The translations under genes and the position numbers were made by a program. A stretch of 64,000 bases of DNA from the NCBI GenBank assembly GCA_001600695.1, contig BCKQ01000017.1:1-64000 (forward strand), written 5' to 3'. Every line of letters starts with the position of its first letter. The stretch's first letter is position 1. Below are positions 47,727 to 58,385 of this stretch, one piece after another. The DNA comes from Ascoidea asiatica JCM 7603. Lineage: Eukaryota > Fungi > Ascomycota. The notes below the pieces were generated by a model. It made no database searches. It was not told the origin of the DNA and saw nothing but the letters and a program-made list of their open reading frames with translations.

Positions 47727-49472
47727 TTATGGCCTTCGTTTAGTTCTTTTGGCTAATCTTGTTGCAAAATCAACAACTTGTTGTCTACCTTCTTCAGTTA
47801 TAAAAAATTGTTTAGTATCACTATTACTCCATATTAATACACCAATTTCATCAGCATATTTCTTAAAAGTTTCATATTGTTGAATTGAAGTAAATTCTTT
47901 AAAAAGATAACCAGGATGTGTTTGAATTCTATCTAATTCAAGTTCCCATAATCTAATTTGATCAACAACATTTGGTGGAATAATTTGTAAATCTAAAGAA
48001 GCAGTTGCAACAATTTTATTTGCAATTAATTCTAATCTTTTATTTAATTCATCTTGAGCTAATTTTCTCATTTGTGGATGAGCATTAATTTCTAAATATT
48101 TTATAATTTGATCTGAAGTTATACCTGATTTTAATGCATGATCAACTGATTTTCTAGTAACTTGTCCTATTACCATATTTTGAAAACGTTGTTTAAGATT
48201 AACAAATAATTTTAATATTGCAATTTGTAAAGGTGAAGTTGTATAACAATATAATTTAAAATTAGTTTCAATTATTATTGAACCATTTAATCCACTTAAA
48301 GAATCTTCAGAAGTATCTTTTGATATATCATTATTTGAATCAGTATTATCATCATTACTATTATTACTATTATTACTATTATTTGTTGAATTTGAGTTTG
48401 AAGAATGAGTTCTTAAATTTTTTAAAGCATTATCCATTGCATGTGAAGCAGATTTTAAAGCTATAGTATCAGAAGTTAAAGTTGTTGCTAATCTTGTTGG
48501 ATAAAATTTTTTTGATTTGGAATTTTTTTGATAAACAAGTCCATAATCTCTTAAATCTTTTAACATATTTGTTTGAGTTTCACTTAAAGAATTTAATGAA
48601 TAACATTGACCAAGTTCTAAAGAACCTAACATAAAAATAAAATTTAAAACATCAACAGGATCCATTTGTAAAGATTCAGAAACTTTTAAATATTGTAATA
48701 ATAAAGTCCAAATTTGAGCATTTACATTTTGTAATAAAAATTGAAAACCTTTTTTTGTAATTTTTAAATTACTTAAAATATAATTTCCTGAATTTAATTC
48801 ATGTTGTAATTGATCATTTTTATTAATTTGATTATTATCATTTGAATAATAAGATCTTGCATTTTCCATTAAACCACTTAATTTTAATAACTTTAAAACA
48901 CTTTTACTTGGTAAAGATTCTTTTGAATTAATTTTTGTACCAACCATAAAATGAAGTATTGATTCCCATTTATTTGTTGCATATTCATCAAGAAAATTAA
49001 TTGAAATTTTATTATTATGATCAATTTGAGAATTTTTACTTTCATAAGGTACTCCAAAACCATTATTATTATTACTATTATTATTTGAACCATTTATTAA
49101 AGAAGTATCATTTTCAGAAACACTATTTTCACCTAATAAAGCATTTCTAAAATTTTCTCTGAAAATTGGATTTAAATTTAATATTAAACCATTATGTTCA
49201 GAATTTATTAAATTTAAAGCAATTAATTTTGTTATTGAATCATTTTCTAATTTTTTATTTAATGGATCTGGTTTTATCCAATTACTTAAATTTTTTAAAA
49301 TTATTTTTTCTTCATTAAATACCATTGACATTAAATAAAATTTTCCTAAACTTGGTAATAATCTAAATATTGCTAAACATGTTGCAGGTGATGCAAATAA
49401 TCTTGTTTTCATAGCTTCTGGTAAATCAGTTAAATATGAAAATACAGTGTCTTTGAAAAGATAAGAAGACAT
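47727..49472 (-). CDS. TFB2: TFIIH subunit Tfb2/p52
   Basis: SPATCLAIFRLLP, WESILHFMVG, GFQFLLQ, KFYPTRLAT, IIETNFKLYCYT.SPLQ, PPNVVDQIRLWELE. Confidence 0.96.
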   Translation of the reverse strand: MSSYLFKDTVFSYLTDLPEAMKTRLFASPATCLAIFRLLPSLGKFYLMSMVFNEEKIILKNLSNWIKPDPLNKKLENDSITKLIALNLINSEHNGLILNLNPIFRENFRNALLGENSVSENDTSLINGSNNNSNNNNGFGVPYESKNSQIDHNNKISINFLDEYATNKWESILHFMVGTKINSKESLPSKSVLKLLKLSGLMENARSYYSNDNNQINKNDQLQHELNSGNYILSNLKITKKGFQFLLQNVNAQIWTLLLQYLKVSESLQMDPVDVLNFIFMLGSLELGQCYSLNSLSETQTNMLKDLRDYGLVYQKNSKSKKFYPTRLATTLTSDTIALKSASHAMDNALKNLRTHSSNSNSTNNSNNSNNSNDDNTDSNNDISKDTSEDSLSGLNGSIIIETNFKLYCYTTSPLQIAILKLFVNLKQRFQNMVIGQVTRKSVDHALKSGITSDQIIKYLEINAHPQMRKLAQDELNKRLELIANKIVATASLDLQIIPPNVVDQIRLWELELDRIQTHPGYLFKEFTSIQQYETFKKYADEIGVLIWSNSDTKQFFITEEGRQQVVDFATRLAKRTKRRP

Positions 49473-49794
49473 TATGAATATATAAATTTACTGATAACTT
49501 GAACCTCAATCAATTGAATAATGCTTTTGAAGCTGCTACTATTGCTTTCTCTTCATTTGATTTTCGTACACAAGAGTGTTTTATCGAATATTCTCCTTCT
49601 TTATTTTCTTTATCCTCTTCCTTCTTTATCTTCTTCTGGTATTATTTAAAACCTTCAAAAATCGCAGACCGAATGAACCTCAAATATTTAATTAAGTTTG
49701 AAATTTCAATTCCAGATCACAGACCCATCAAAGTGGTACATCCATGCGCCTGGGTTTTTATATTAATGCAGATATTGGTTGTTTGCTGCAATTA

Positions 49795-49898
49795 TGTCCT
49801 AGATAACAATTGTCCTATTTTTTGTCATTGTTTGCATCTGTCCTTGATTGATTTTATGATCCTAGCGCCTGTCCTAGCTTATTACACTTCTCACCCTA
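49795..49898 (+). promoter_or_regulatory. Cluster of TGTCCTA-like motifs between TFB2 and ADE4
   Basis: TGTCCTA 49795, 49811, 49870; TGTCCTT 49839; GATCCTA 49858; CACCCTA 49892. Confidence 0.45.
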
Positions 49899-50390
49899 AA
49901 TTGTCTCACTTCTGTCTCATTTTAGTTTTAAGATATCCTGATATACAAAGGGTTAATCCTGATTAAAGCTTATAATGATTGTGCTGGTAAACATGTCTCT
50001 GCAATAACAAACTATCCCATTTTCCAAGTGAACCAACTCCATCTCATTGACTTAACGTTGAGTGGAGTTCTGTCCCTGAAGTTGTCTTCCTGGAGCTCTC
50101 TGTTTCCCAGCCCCAATATGAGATTATTCATCATTTATTTTCTCGAATTCTACCCGATCCTTCAGTTTCTTCTCCATTATTATTTTAAAAATTTTCTCTC
50201 TCTTTTTAAAATATAATAAATAATAATGAAAAGAATTAAAATAGATAAAATGCCATAGAATTATTCCTTTTATCTTAGTTTGAATGTTAATCAAACAAAT
50301 TATAAAATTCCCTATATTAAAATAACAATAGCTAAATCATAATTCGAGAAATTATCTTTCATTTTTCAATTTCAAAAATTTCGATTTTCT

Positions 50391-50425
50391 AAATTTTTCA
50401 CAATTTTTTGAACTGATCTCATCTC
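50391..50425 (-). promoter_or_regulatory. RRPE plus PAC-like elements upstream of ADE4
   Basis: AAATTTTTCA (RRPE reverse) 50391-50400 and CTCATCTC (GAGATGAG) 50418-50425. Confidence 0.45.
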
Positions 50426-50581
50426 ATAATTTTCTTAGGAATAATACAATAAAAGTTTCACTTCAATCAAAATATTGAAAAAAACAGTTAAAAGTAATCG
50501 AGAATAAATTCGATAGTTTAATATATTCATTTATTAATTTATTTATTCATTGATTTTTTTTAAAAGTTTTCAAATTGAAAA

Positions 50582-52171
50582 ATGTGTGGTATTTTGGGTT
50601 TAATCTTAAATGATAATCATGGAATTGCTGCTCCAGAACTTTTTGATTCTTGTATGTTTTTACAACATAGAGGTCAAGATGCTGCAGGTATAGTTACTTG
50701 TGGTAATAAAGGTAGATTTTATCAATGTAAAGGTAATGGTATGGCAAGAGATGTTTTTACTCAAAATAGATTAGCTGGTTTAGTTGGTAATATGGGTATT
50801 GCTCATTTACGTTATCCAACTGCAGGTTCTTCTGCAAGTTCTGAAGCTCAACCATTTTATGTAAATTCTCCATATGGTATATCTTTAAGTCATAATGGTA
50901 ATTTAGTTAATGGAAAATATTTAAGAGATTATCTTGATAAAGTTGTTCATCGTCATATTAATACTGATTCAGATTCTGAATTATTATTAAATATATTTGC
51001 AGCTGAATTAGAAAAATATAATAAAGCAAGAGTTAATACTGATGATATATTTAATGCTTTAAAAGGTGTATTTAGAGAATGTCGTGGTGCTTATGCTTGT
51101 GTTGGAATGTTAGCTGGTTTTGGTATAATTGGTTTTAGAGATCCAAATGGTATTAGACCTTTATTAATTGGTGAAAGACTTAATTCAAATGGTTCAAAAG
51201 ATTATATGTTAGCTTCTGAATCAGTTGTTTTAAAAGCTCATAATTTTTCAAAATTTAGAGATATATTACCTGGTGAAGCTGTAATAATTCCTAAATCAAC
51301 TTTAAAACCAGAATTTAAACAAATTGTACCAATTATTTCTTATACTCCTGATATTTTTGAATATGTATATTTTGCAAGACCAGATTCTGTACTTGATGGT
51401 ATAAGTGTTTATCATTCAAGATTAAGAATGGGTGAAATGCTTGCTGCAAATATTTTAAAACTGTTTAATAATGATATATCAAATATTGATGTTGTTATTC
51501 CAGTTCCTGATACTTCTAGAAATTCTGCTTTATCTTGTGCTGTAGCATTAAACATTCCTTATAGAGAAGGTTTTGTCAAAAATAGATATATTGGTAGAAC
51601 TTTTATTATGCCTGATCAAAAAGAAAGAAGATCTTCTGTACGTAGAAAATTAAATGCTATGGAATCTGAATTTAAAGGTAAAAATGTTCTTTTAGTTGAT
51701 GATTCAATTGTAAGAGGAACAACTTCAAAAGAAATTGTACAAATGGCAAGAGAAGCTGGCGCTAAAAAAGTTTATTTTGCTTCTTGTGCTCCTGCAATTA
51801 GATATAATCATATTTATGGTATTGATTTAGCTGATACAAAAGCTTTAGTTGCTTATAATAAAACTTCTGAAGAAGTTTCAGAAAATATTGGTGCTGATAA
51901 AGTTATTTATCAAGATTTAAAAGATTTAATTAGTTGTTGTTCAACTGATAGTATCAAAGAATTTGAAGTTGGTGTATTTACTGGTAAATATATAACTGGT
52001 AGTGAAAATGATTATTTAGAAGAATTAACTTTAATAAGAGCTCAAAATCAAAGAATTAAAGAATTGAAAACTAATGGTTCTGTCATTGATTCTCTTGATT
52101 TAACTGATATTTCTGATAGTGTTAAATCTGAAGGTGATATTGGACTTTATAATTCTGGTGATTATCAATAA
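50582..52171 (+). CDS. ADE4: Amidophosphoribosyltransferase
   Basis: MCGI N-terminal nucleophile, LQHRGQDAAG, HLRYPTAG, HNGNL, LVDDSIVRGTT. Confidence 0.98.
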   Translation: MCGILGLILNDNHGIAAPELFDSCMFLQHRGQDAAGIVTCGNKGRFYQCKGNGMARDVFTQNRLAGLVGNMGIAHLRYPTAGSSASSEAQPFYVNSPYGISLSHNGNLVNGKYLRDYLDKVVHRHINTDSDSELLLNIFAAELEKYNKARVNTDDIFNALKGVFRECRGAYACVGMLAGFGIIGFRDPNGIRPLLIGERLNSNGSKDYMLASESVVLKAHNFSKFRDILPGEAVIIPKSTLKPEFKQIVPIISYTPDIFEYVYFARPDSVLDGISVYHSRLRMGEMLAANILKLFNNDISNIDVVIPVPDTSRNSALSCAVALNIPYREGFVKNRYIGRTFIMPDQKERRSSVRRKLNAMESEFKGKNVLLVDDSIVRGTTSKEIVQMAREAGAKKVYFASCAPAIRYNHIYGIDLADTKALVAYNKTSEEVSENIGADKVIYQDLKDLISCCSTDSIKEFEVGVFTGKYITGSENDYLEELTLIRAQNQRIKELKTNGSVIDSLDLTDISDSVKSEGDIGLYNSGDYQ

Positions 52172-52386
52172 ACTGATAGATTCATTTTTCATTTAAATAA
52201 ATTCAAAAATTAATAAAAAAAACGAAAATCAATAAAATGTCTATAGAATTCTTTTTTTTTTCTCTAAAATTTCAAATTATCCATTATCCTTTTTTTTATA
52301 AATATTTCAATTTCAAAACTCATTAAAATTAATATTCATTAAAATCTATATAGATTTATCATAAATAAACTAAATTTATTAATTAT

Positions 52387-55300
52387 TTACACTGGTTTTC
52401 CACCAATAAACTCACTCCATCTACGAACTTCTTTTGGAATTATTACTTTATCACTTTTTTGATTTTCTAATTTTTCACCAAGTTTTTCAATTAATGCTTT
52501 TGAGAATAATATAGAAGTTTTAGGTTCATTAAATAATGGAATACCAAAATCAATTGCATTTCTTCTCATTATATAATCTTCATTAACTAAATCTTCAGCA
52601 CGTTTAGCAGCTAAATTGAAAACACATTTAATATCCTTTTCTTCATAAATTTCTCTTAAAACAGTTTTATTAGCTAAAGGAAATGTAATCGATTCAACAG
52701 CAAAATCTTTTTCTAAATATTTTCTAAGATAAACTGCAGTTTCTTCATTTGCAGTATATAATTTATAATCACATGAAGCAATATTTTTAGCAACAGTTCC
52801 TAAATAATCATTTGTTAAATCACCTCCAAATAAAATACCGGATGGAGGTAATGGAAGATTGAAATTCATTGTTGATTGCATTGAAGTCCAATATGCTTCA
52901 ATTAAATCAGATCCAAAGCAAGCAACTTCACCAGTAGATGCCATTTCAACACCAAGGAATGGATCTGCACCAGCTAATCTAGTAAAAGAAAATTGAGGTA
53001 CTTTAGTGGCAACATAATTATATTTTTTAGACATTAAATCAACTGGTTCAGGTACATTTGTTCCAACAATTGCTTTTGTTGCAACATCAATAAAATTCAT
53101 ACCTAAAACTTTTGATACAAATGGGAAAGATCTTGAAGCTCTAATATTACATTCAATTACTTTAAGTTCAACTTCTTTTGTTTCTGGATTAAAATTTTTA
53201 ATAACTTGCATATTGAATGGACCTGTAATATTCCAAGCTTTTGCAACTTTATCACCAATTTCTTTCATTCTTATCATTATATCTTGTGATAATGATTGAG
53301 GAGGTAAAACAAGAGTTGCATCACCGGAATGAATACCAGCATTTTCAACATGTTCTGAAATAGCATGGACTAAAACTTTTCCACCACATGCAACAGCATC
53401 AATATCAATTTCATTAGCACCTTCAATAAATTTAGTAATAACAACAGGATGATCTGGCGAAACCTTAGAAGCATTGCTTAATTTGATTTGCAATTCTTTC
53501 TCACTATTAATAACGGACATAGCAGCACCACTTAAAACATATGAAGGTCTAACTAAGACTGGATAACCAACTTTTTGAGCAAAAGATTTGGCTTCTTCAA
53601 GAGAGGATAATTCTTCCCAAGCAGGTTGATCAACTCCAATACTATCTAAAATGGAAGAAAATTTATGTCTATCTTCAGCTTTATCAATATCTTCTGGATT
53701 AGTACCAAGAACTCTTGCACCATAATTTTGTAAAGAAAGAGCAATATTTTGAGGTAATTGACCACCAACACTAACAATAACACCAGTTGAATTTTCTAAT
53801 TCATAAATATCAAGAACTCTTTCAAGGGAAAGTTCTTCAAAATATAAACGATCAACTTCATCAAAATCTGTAGAAACAGTTTCTGGATTATAATTAATCA
53901 TTATTGTTCTTTTTCCCATTTCACGTAAAGATCTAGCAGCAGAAACAGCACACCAATCGAATTCAACAGATGAACCAATTCTATAAACACCAGAACCTAA
54001 AACCATTGTACCATGTTCATTAAATTCAACATCATTTGTAGAGGCATTATAAGTTGTATAAAGATAATTTGTTGTTGCAGGAAATTCGGCAGCTAAAGTA
54101 TCAATTTTTTTAACAAATGGAATAATTCCAAAAGATTTTCTTCTTGCTCTAACTTCTAATTCAGTTTCTGCCCCGACTAATTTTGAAATTTGTTTATCAC
54201 TAAAACCTAATTTTTTAGCTCTTAAAAGAACATCACTATTTAAACCAAAAAGAGAACCAATTTCTTTTAATTCATTATTCATATCAACAATATTATTTAA
54301 TTTATAAAGAAACCATTTATCAATTTTAGTTAAATCATGAACTTTATCAATTGTATAATTTTCATGAAGTAAAGCTTGACCAACAGCTAACCATCTTCTA
54401 TCAGTTGGATTTTTTAAAACATCTTCTAATAAAGCTCTATTTTCTTCACCAGCAAAATCTTCACAACCTTGAAAACCTAAGAAACTTGGATCAATTTGTC
54501 TAATTGCTTTTTGAATACTTTCTTCAAAAGTTCTACCAATTGCCATAACTTCACCAACAGATTTCATTGAAGAACCAATATCTCTTTTAACATTTTGAAA
54601 TTTACTTAAATCCCATCTTGGAATTTTAGTTACAATATAATCAAGTGAAGGTTCAAAATTCGCAGTTGTTGTACCTGTAACAGGATTTGGTAATTCAGGT
54701 AAAGTATAACCAAGAGCAATTTTTGCAGCAGTATAAGCTAAAGGATAACCAGTTGCTTTTGAAGCTAAAGCCGAAGATCTTGATAATCTTGCATTAACTT
54801 CAATAACTCTATAATCTAAACCATCAGGTTGTAAAGCATATTGAACATTACATTCACCAACAACACCTAAATGACGAATAATTTTTATAGCTGCAGTTCT
54901 TAACATATGATATTCAGTATCTGATAAAGTTTGAGAAGGAGCAACAACAATTGAATCACCAGTATGAATACCTAAAGGATCAAAATTTTCCATATTACAA
55001 ACAGTTATACAATTATCAACTCTATCTCTAACAACTTCATATTCAACTTCTTTCCAACCTTTAAGAGATTTTTCAACAAGAATTTGAGGAGCTAAAGATA
55101 AAGATTGAGTTGATAAATTTGTTAATTCTTCAGGAGTACTTGCAAAACCAGAACCTAAACCACCTAAAGCATAAGCAGAACGAACAATAATTGGATAACC
55201 GATTTTTGAAGCAGCAGTTAAAGCATCTTTAACATTATCAACAGCAATTGATTCTGCAATTGGAATATTAATTTCTTTTAAAGCATTTGCAAATAATTCA

Positions 55301-55953
55301 CGATCTTCAGAAGTTTCTAAAGTTTTAATTGGAGTACCTAAAACTTTAATATTATATCTATCAAAAATTCCCATTTTATCTAATTTCACACCACAATTTA
55401 AACCAGTTTGACCACCAAAAGTTAAAAGTATACCATCAGGTTTTTCTCTTTCAATTATATAAGTTATATATTCTGGAGTTACAGGTAAAAAATAAACTTC
55501 ATCAGCTAATGCATGAGAAGTTTGATTTGTTGCAATATTTGGATTAATTAAAATTGTTTTTTTATTTGCTTCTTTTAAAGCTTTAATTGCTTGAGAACCA
55601 GAATAATCAAATTCACCAGCTTGACCAATTGATAAACCTCCAGAACCAACAATTAAAACAGAATTTACATCAACTAATTGATGAGCATTTTCATCTTTAA
55701 AAGAAGAAAGAATTTTTGCACCAGCATATGGTAAAGATATTTCATCTTCATTTACAGTTGAAGCAAAAAAACGTTTTAAAATATTATGATTATATTTATT
55801 ATGATAAAGATTATGATTATTATAATTATTTATTATTGCATTTTTATTATTATTTAATTTAGAAATAAGAGTTTTTGTAGAAAAAAATGATTTTCTATTA
55901 TTAGCTTTTAAAGATAACTTTAAAAGTTTAGATGAATATGGTTTTATAAACAT
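52387..55953 (-). CDS. CPA2: Arginine-specific carbamoyl-phosphate synthase large subunit with mitochondrial-type presequence
   Basis: GSGGLSIGQAGEFDYSGSQA, two ATP-grasp halves, EVNARLSRSSALASKATGYPLA; no fused GATase or ATCase domain, so not URA2. Confidence 0.96.
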   Translation of the reverse strand: MFIKPYSSKLLKLSLKANNRKSFFSTKTLISKLNNNKNAIINNYNNHNLYHNKYNHNILKRFFASTVNEDEISLPYAGAKILSSFKDENAHQLVDVNSVLIVGSGGLSIGQAGEFDYSGSQAIKALKEANKKTILINPNIATNQTSHALADEVYFLPVTPEYITYIIEREKPDGILLTFGGQTGLNCGVKLDKMGIFDRYNIKVLGTPIKTLETSEDRELFANALKEINIPIAESIAVDNVKDALTAASKIGYPIIVRSAYALGGLGSGFASTPEELTNLSTQSLSLAPQILVEKSLKGWKEVEYEVVRDRVDNCITVCNMENFDPLGIHTGDSIVVAPSQTLSDTEYHMLRTAAIKIIRHLGVVGECNVQYALQPDGLDYRVIEVNARLSRSSALASKATGYPLAYTAAKIALGYTLPELPNPVTGTTTANFEPSLDYIVTKIPRWDLSKFQNVKRDIGSSMKSVGEVMAIGRTFEESIQKAIRQIDPSFLGFQGCEDFAGEENRALLEDVLKNPTDRRWLAVGQALLHENYTIDKVHDLTKIDKWFLYKLNNIVDMNNELKEIGSLFGLNSDVLLRAKKLGFSDKQISKLVGAETELEVRARRKSFGIIPFVKKIDTLAAEFPATTNYLYTTYNASTNDVEFNEHGTMVLGSGVYRIGSSVEFDWCAVSAARSLREMGKRTIMINYNPETVSTDFDEVDRLYFEELSLERVLDIYELENSTGVIVSVGGQLPQNIALSLQNYGARVLGTNPEDIDKAEDRHKFSSILDSIGVDQPAWEELSSLEEAKSFAQKVGYPVLVRPSYVLSGAAMSVINSEKELQIKLSNASKVSPDHPVVITKFIEGANEIDIDAVACGGKVLVHAISEHVENAGIHSGDATLVLPPQSLSQDIMIRMKEIGDKVAKAWNITGPFNMQVIKNFNPETKEVELKVIECNIRASRSFPFVSKVLGMNFIDVATKAIVGTNVPEPVDLMSKKYNYVATKVPQFSFTRLAGADPFLGVEMASTGEVACFGSDLIEAYWTSMQSTMNFNLPLPPSGILFGGDLTNDYLGTVAKNIASCDYKLYTANEETAVYLRKYLEKDFAVESITFPLANKTVLREIYEEKDIKCVFNLAAKRAEDLVNEDYIMRRNAIDFGIPLFNEPKTSILFSKALIEKLGEKLENQKSDKVIIPKEVRRWSEFIGGKPV

Positions 55954-56752
55954 TGTTATAATAAATAAAGATTGAAAATACCTTCAAATTATTGAAAGGT
56001 AATAATTTTTTTTCTTTATTTAATTATTTAATTATCTGAATATTTGAATATTTATGGAATATAAAATATAGTTCTATAATTGGAAATCAATAAATCCTCC
56101 GAAAAAAAAAAAAAATGTATATGGATTTATATATATATATATATTTATATATATTTATATATATTTGAATATATATTTATATAAGTTAAGTAAATAGAAT
56201 AATGAAAACTATAACTTGTACAAATATATAAATATATAAATATATAAAGTATATAAAGTATATATAAAATATATTTTAAATTATGAGTCTAATAAGTAAA
56301 ATATTTAGATGTGTGAGTAAATGAAAATTTAAAATTTAAAGCCAATTAAATGCTTTAAGGCCCTTCTTTTCAATGGAGTATCGAGCTTCGATAGTTTTTA
56401 TCGGTGAAAGAGAATTCATTAAAAAAAAAAAAAAAAAGTAAAAAAAAAAATTTGAGAAAAGTTTCAGTGAAAGTTTTGGTGAAATTTTTAACAGTGCTTA
56501 AAAATTTAGCATTTTTTGCAATGGAAGATTTTCAGCTACGGTACTTTTTGGGCGAGTTTTCGAGGAAGTGAATTCCTAAATCAGAAACAGTGCGGTCAGA
56601 ACCGACTTGGATGAAGAGTCTTTGAATGTCATAGTTAAAAGGACTTGAAAGTGGTTCCGGAGAAGAACAGCAATAGCACTATTAACCGATTGCCACATTG
56701 GGCCATGGAAAAACGAGAAGAAGTGAAATTTTCAGAAAACAAAATTGGAAAA

Positions 56753-56778
56753 TGAGTCAAATTTTGTAGTCTGAGTCA
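56753..56778. promoter_or_regulatory. Two Gcn4 sites upstream of CPA2
   Basis: TGAGTCA at 56753 and 56772. Confidence 0.65.
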
Positions 56779-57025
56779 GAGTTTGAAAGTAAATTTATTT
56801 TGATTGAGAAGGGTTTAAGGTAATAAATAGTTTTAAAACTAATTGATAATTTATATTTTTAAAGGGATTTATAAAACTGTATAATTAGGCATGACAGCAT
56901 AAACCATCATTGGGGGTCTTAAACTTTGTCAATTCGAACCTGGCGTTGGTATTTATTTTTTTATTTATTTATTTATTCATTTTATTAAAAAATTATTATA
57001 AATTACTTTTGTCTATAGATGTAAA

Positions 57026-57781
57026 TTATAAATCGAATAAATCTTTTAATATGGCAATAGTATCTTCAGGACATTTAACAGCATGACCAATAGTTCTTTC
57101 ATCAGAATAAATTTCATAATCATTACCACCTTTATAAGATTTATCACCAAAGAAATGAATTTGTTTAAAATTTTCATCTTGAATATGTTGTAAACAATAA
57201 GTTTTATCCCAACCTGTTGGAAATACATCAAAAGAAATTTGACCACCAATTGAATAAGTTAAACCATAATCTGGGAAATTTTTTTTTAATTCATTTACCA
57301 TTTTTTCTCTAATTTTATGTTTTAAATCAAATTTTTCAAAATCATTTCTTTCTTGAGTTGAAGCATTTCTACCAACTGGAGAAACATTAATCATACCATT
57401 TCTAAATTCAATAAATGTACCTCTTCTTACAGGTAAATCAAGTTTTGATAAATAACCTAAGATCCATTTTGCTAAAAGATTATATTTATCATTACCAATA
57501 TAATTTAAAAAAGATTGAGAAGATAATTTATTACCTAATTTATAAGCTGTTAAACCATTTTCAGAAAAACAATAATCAAAATCATTTAAAATATTTGGAC
57601 CTAATTGTTCAACTTGTTTTGAAAAATCAGAACCACCAACAAAACCAATTACAACTTTTTCTTTTAATTTTTTTAAAGTTTCTTTCATTTCATCAGAAAC
57701 GAATAATCTTGCAGGTGTTAAAGTACCATCAACATCAAAAAGACAAATAACACCAGGAATTAATTTATTAGAAAATGACAT
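57026..57781 (-). CDS. SEC53: Phosphomannomutase
   Basis: [53 protein letters not shown]. Confidence 0.97.
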   Translation of the reverse strand: MSFSNKLIPGVICLFDVDGTLTPARLFVSDEMKETLKKLKEKVVIGFVGGSDFSKQVEQLGPNILNDFDYCFSENGLTAYKLGNKLSSQSFLNYIGNDKYNLLAKWILGYLSKLDLPVRRGTFIEFRNGMINVSPVGRNASTQERNDFEKFDLKHKIREKMVNELKKNFPDYGLTYSIGGQISFDVFPTGWDKTYCLQHIQDENFKQIHFFGDKSYKGGNDYEIYSDERTIGHAVKCPEDTIAILKDLFDL

Positions 57782-58385
57782 TTTATATTATATTATTATA
57801 TATTATTATATTACAGAGTAATTAGAAAGTAATTAAAGATTAAAGATTAAAGAAATGAATTCAAATTAATGAAAATATTATGAAATATGATTAAAGAATT
57901 GAATTTAAAGAAATTTTAAAAGAAAGAAAGTATTAATTTTAAGAAATTGTAAATTGTAAATATATTTTTATATTGAAGTAAATCAAATAGTTTTTATATT
58001 ATTATTTATATTATTATTTACTTATTTATTTACAGGTAAATAGAAGAAATAAATCTTGAATTACGTAAACATTTTTGAAGTTAAAACTGGCACCAGGTGT
58101 TGACTATTGATGCTGGATGTTTTTTACTTATTGGTCAGTGTTTGATGTTGACGTGTAATAAAAGTGTATTAAGAACTATTGCACTAACTAAATAAACGAT
58201 TTAAGCTGACTAAACAGTGATAAAGGGGACACTCTTCTGGGTGGTGCGGTGTGCTCACGCGTCTCAGGTTCTATTTAGCAACTGCCCAAATTCCTCAACG
58301 TTTGCAAGAACTGAAAAATGTCAGCAGAAATGTCAGCAGAAATGTCAGCATGCTAAAAACAAATGAGAAGAGATTCATTGATTGA

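Noticed and set aside
49499-49966. 155-aa + strand ORF and a coding-looking E/K-rich - strand frame
   Set aside because: TTG start with atypical composition; the - strand frame is bounded by stops with no ATG. More likely the TFB2 leader and promoter.
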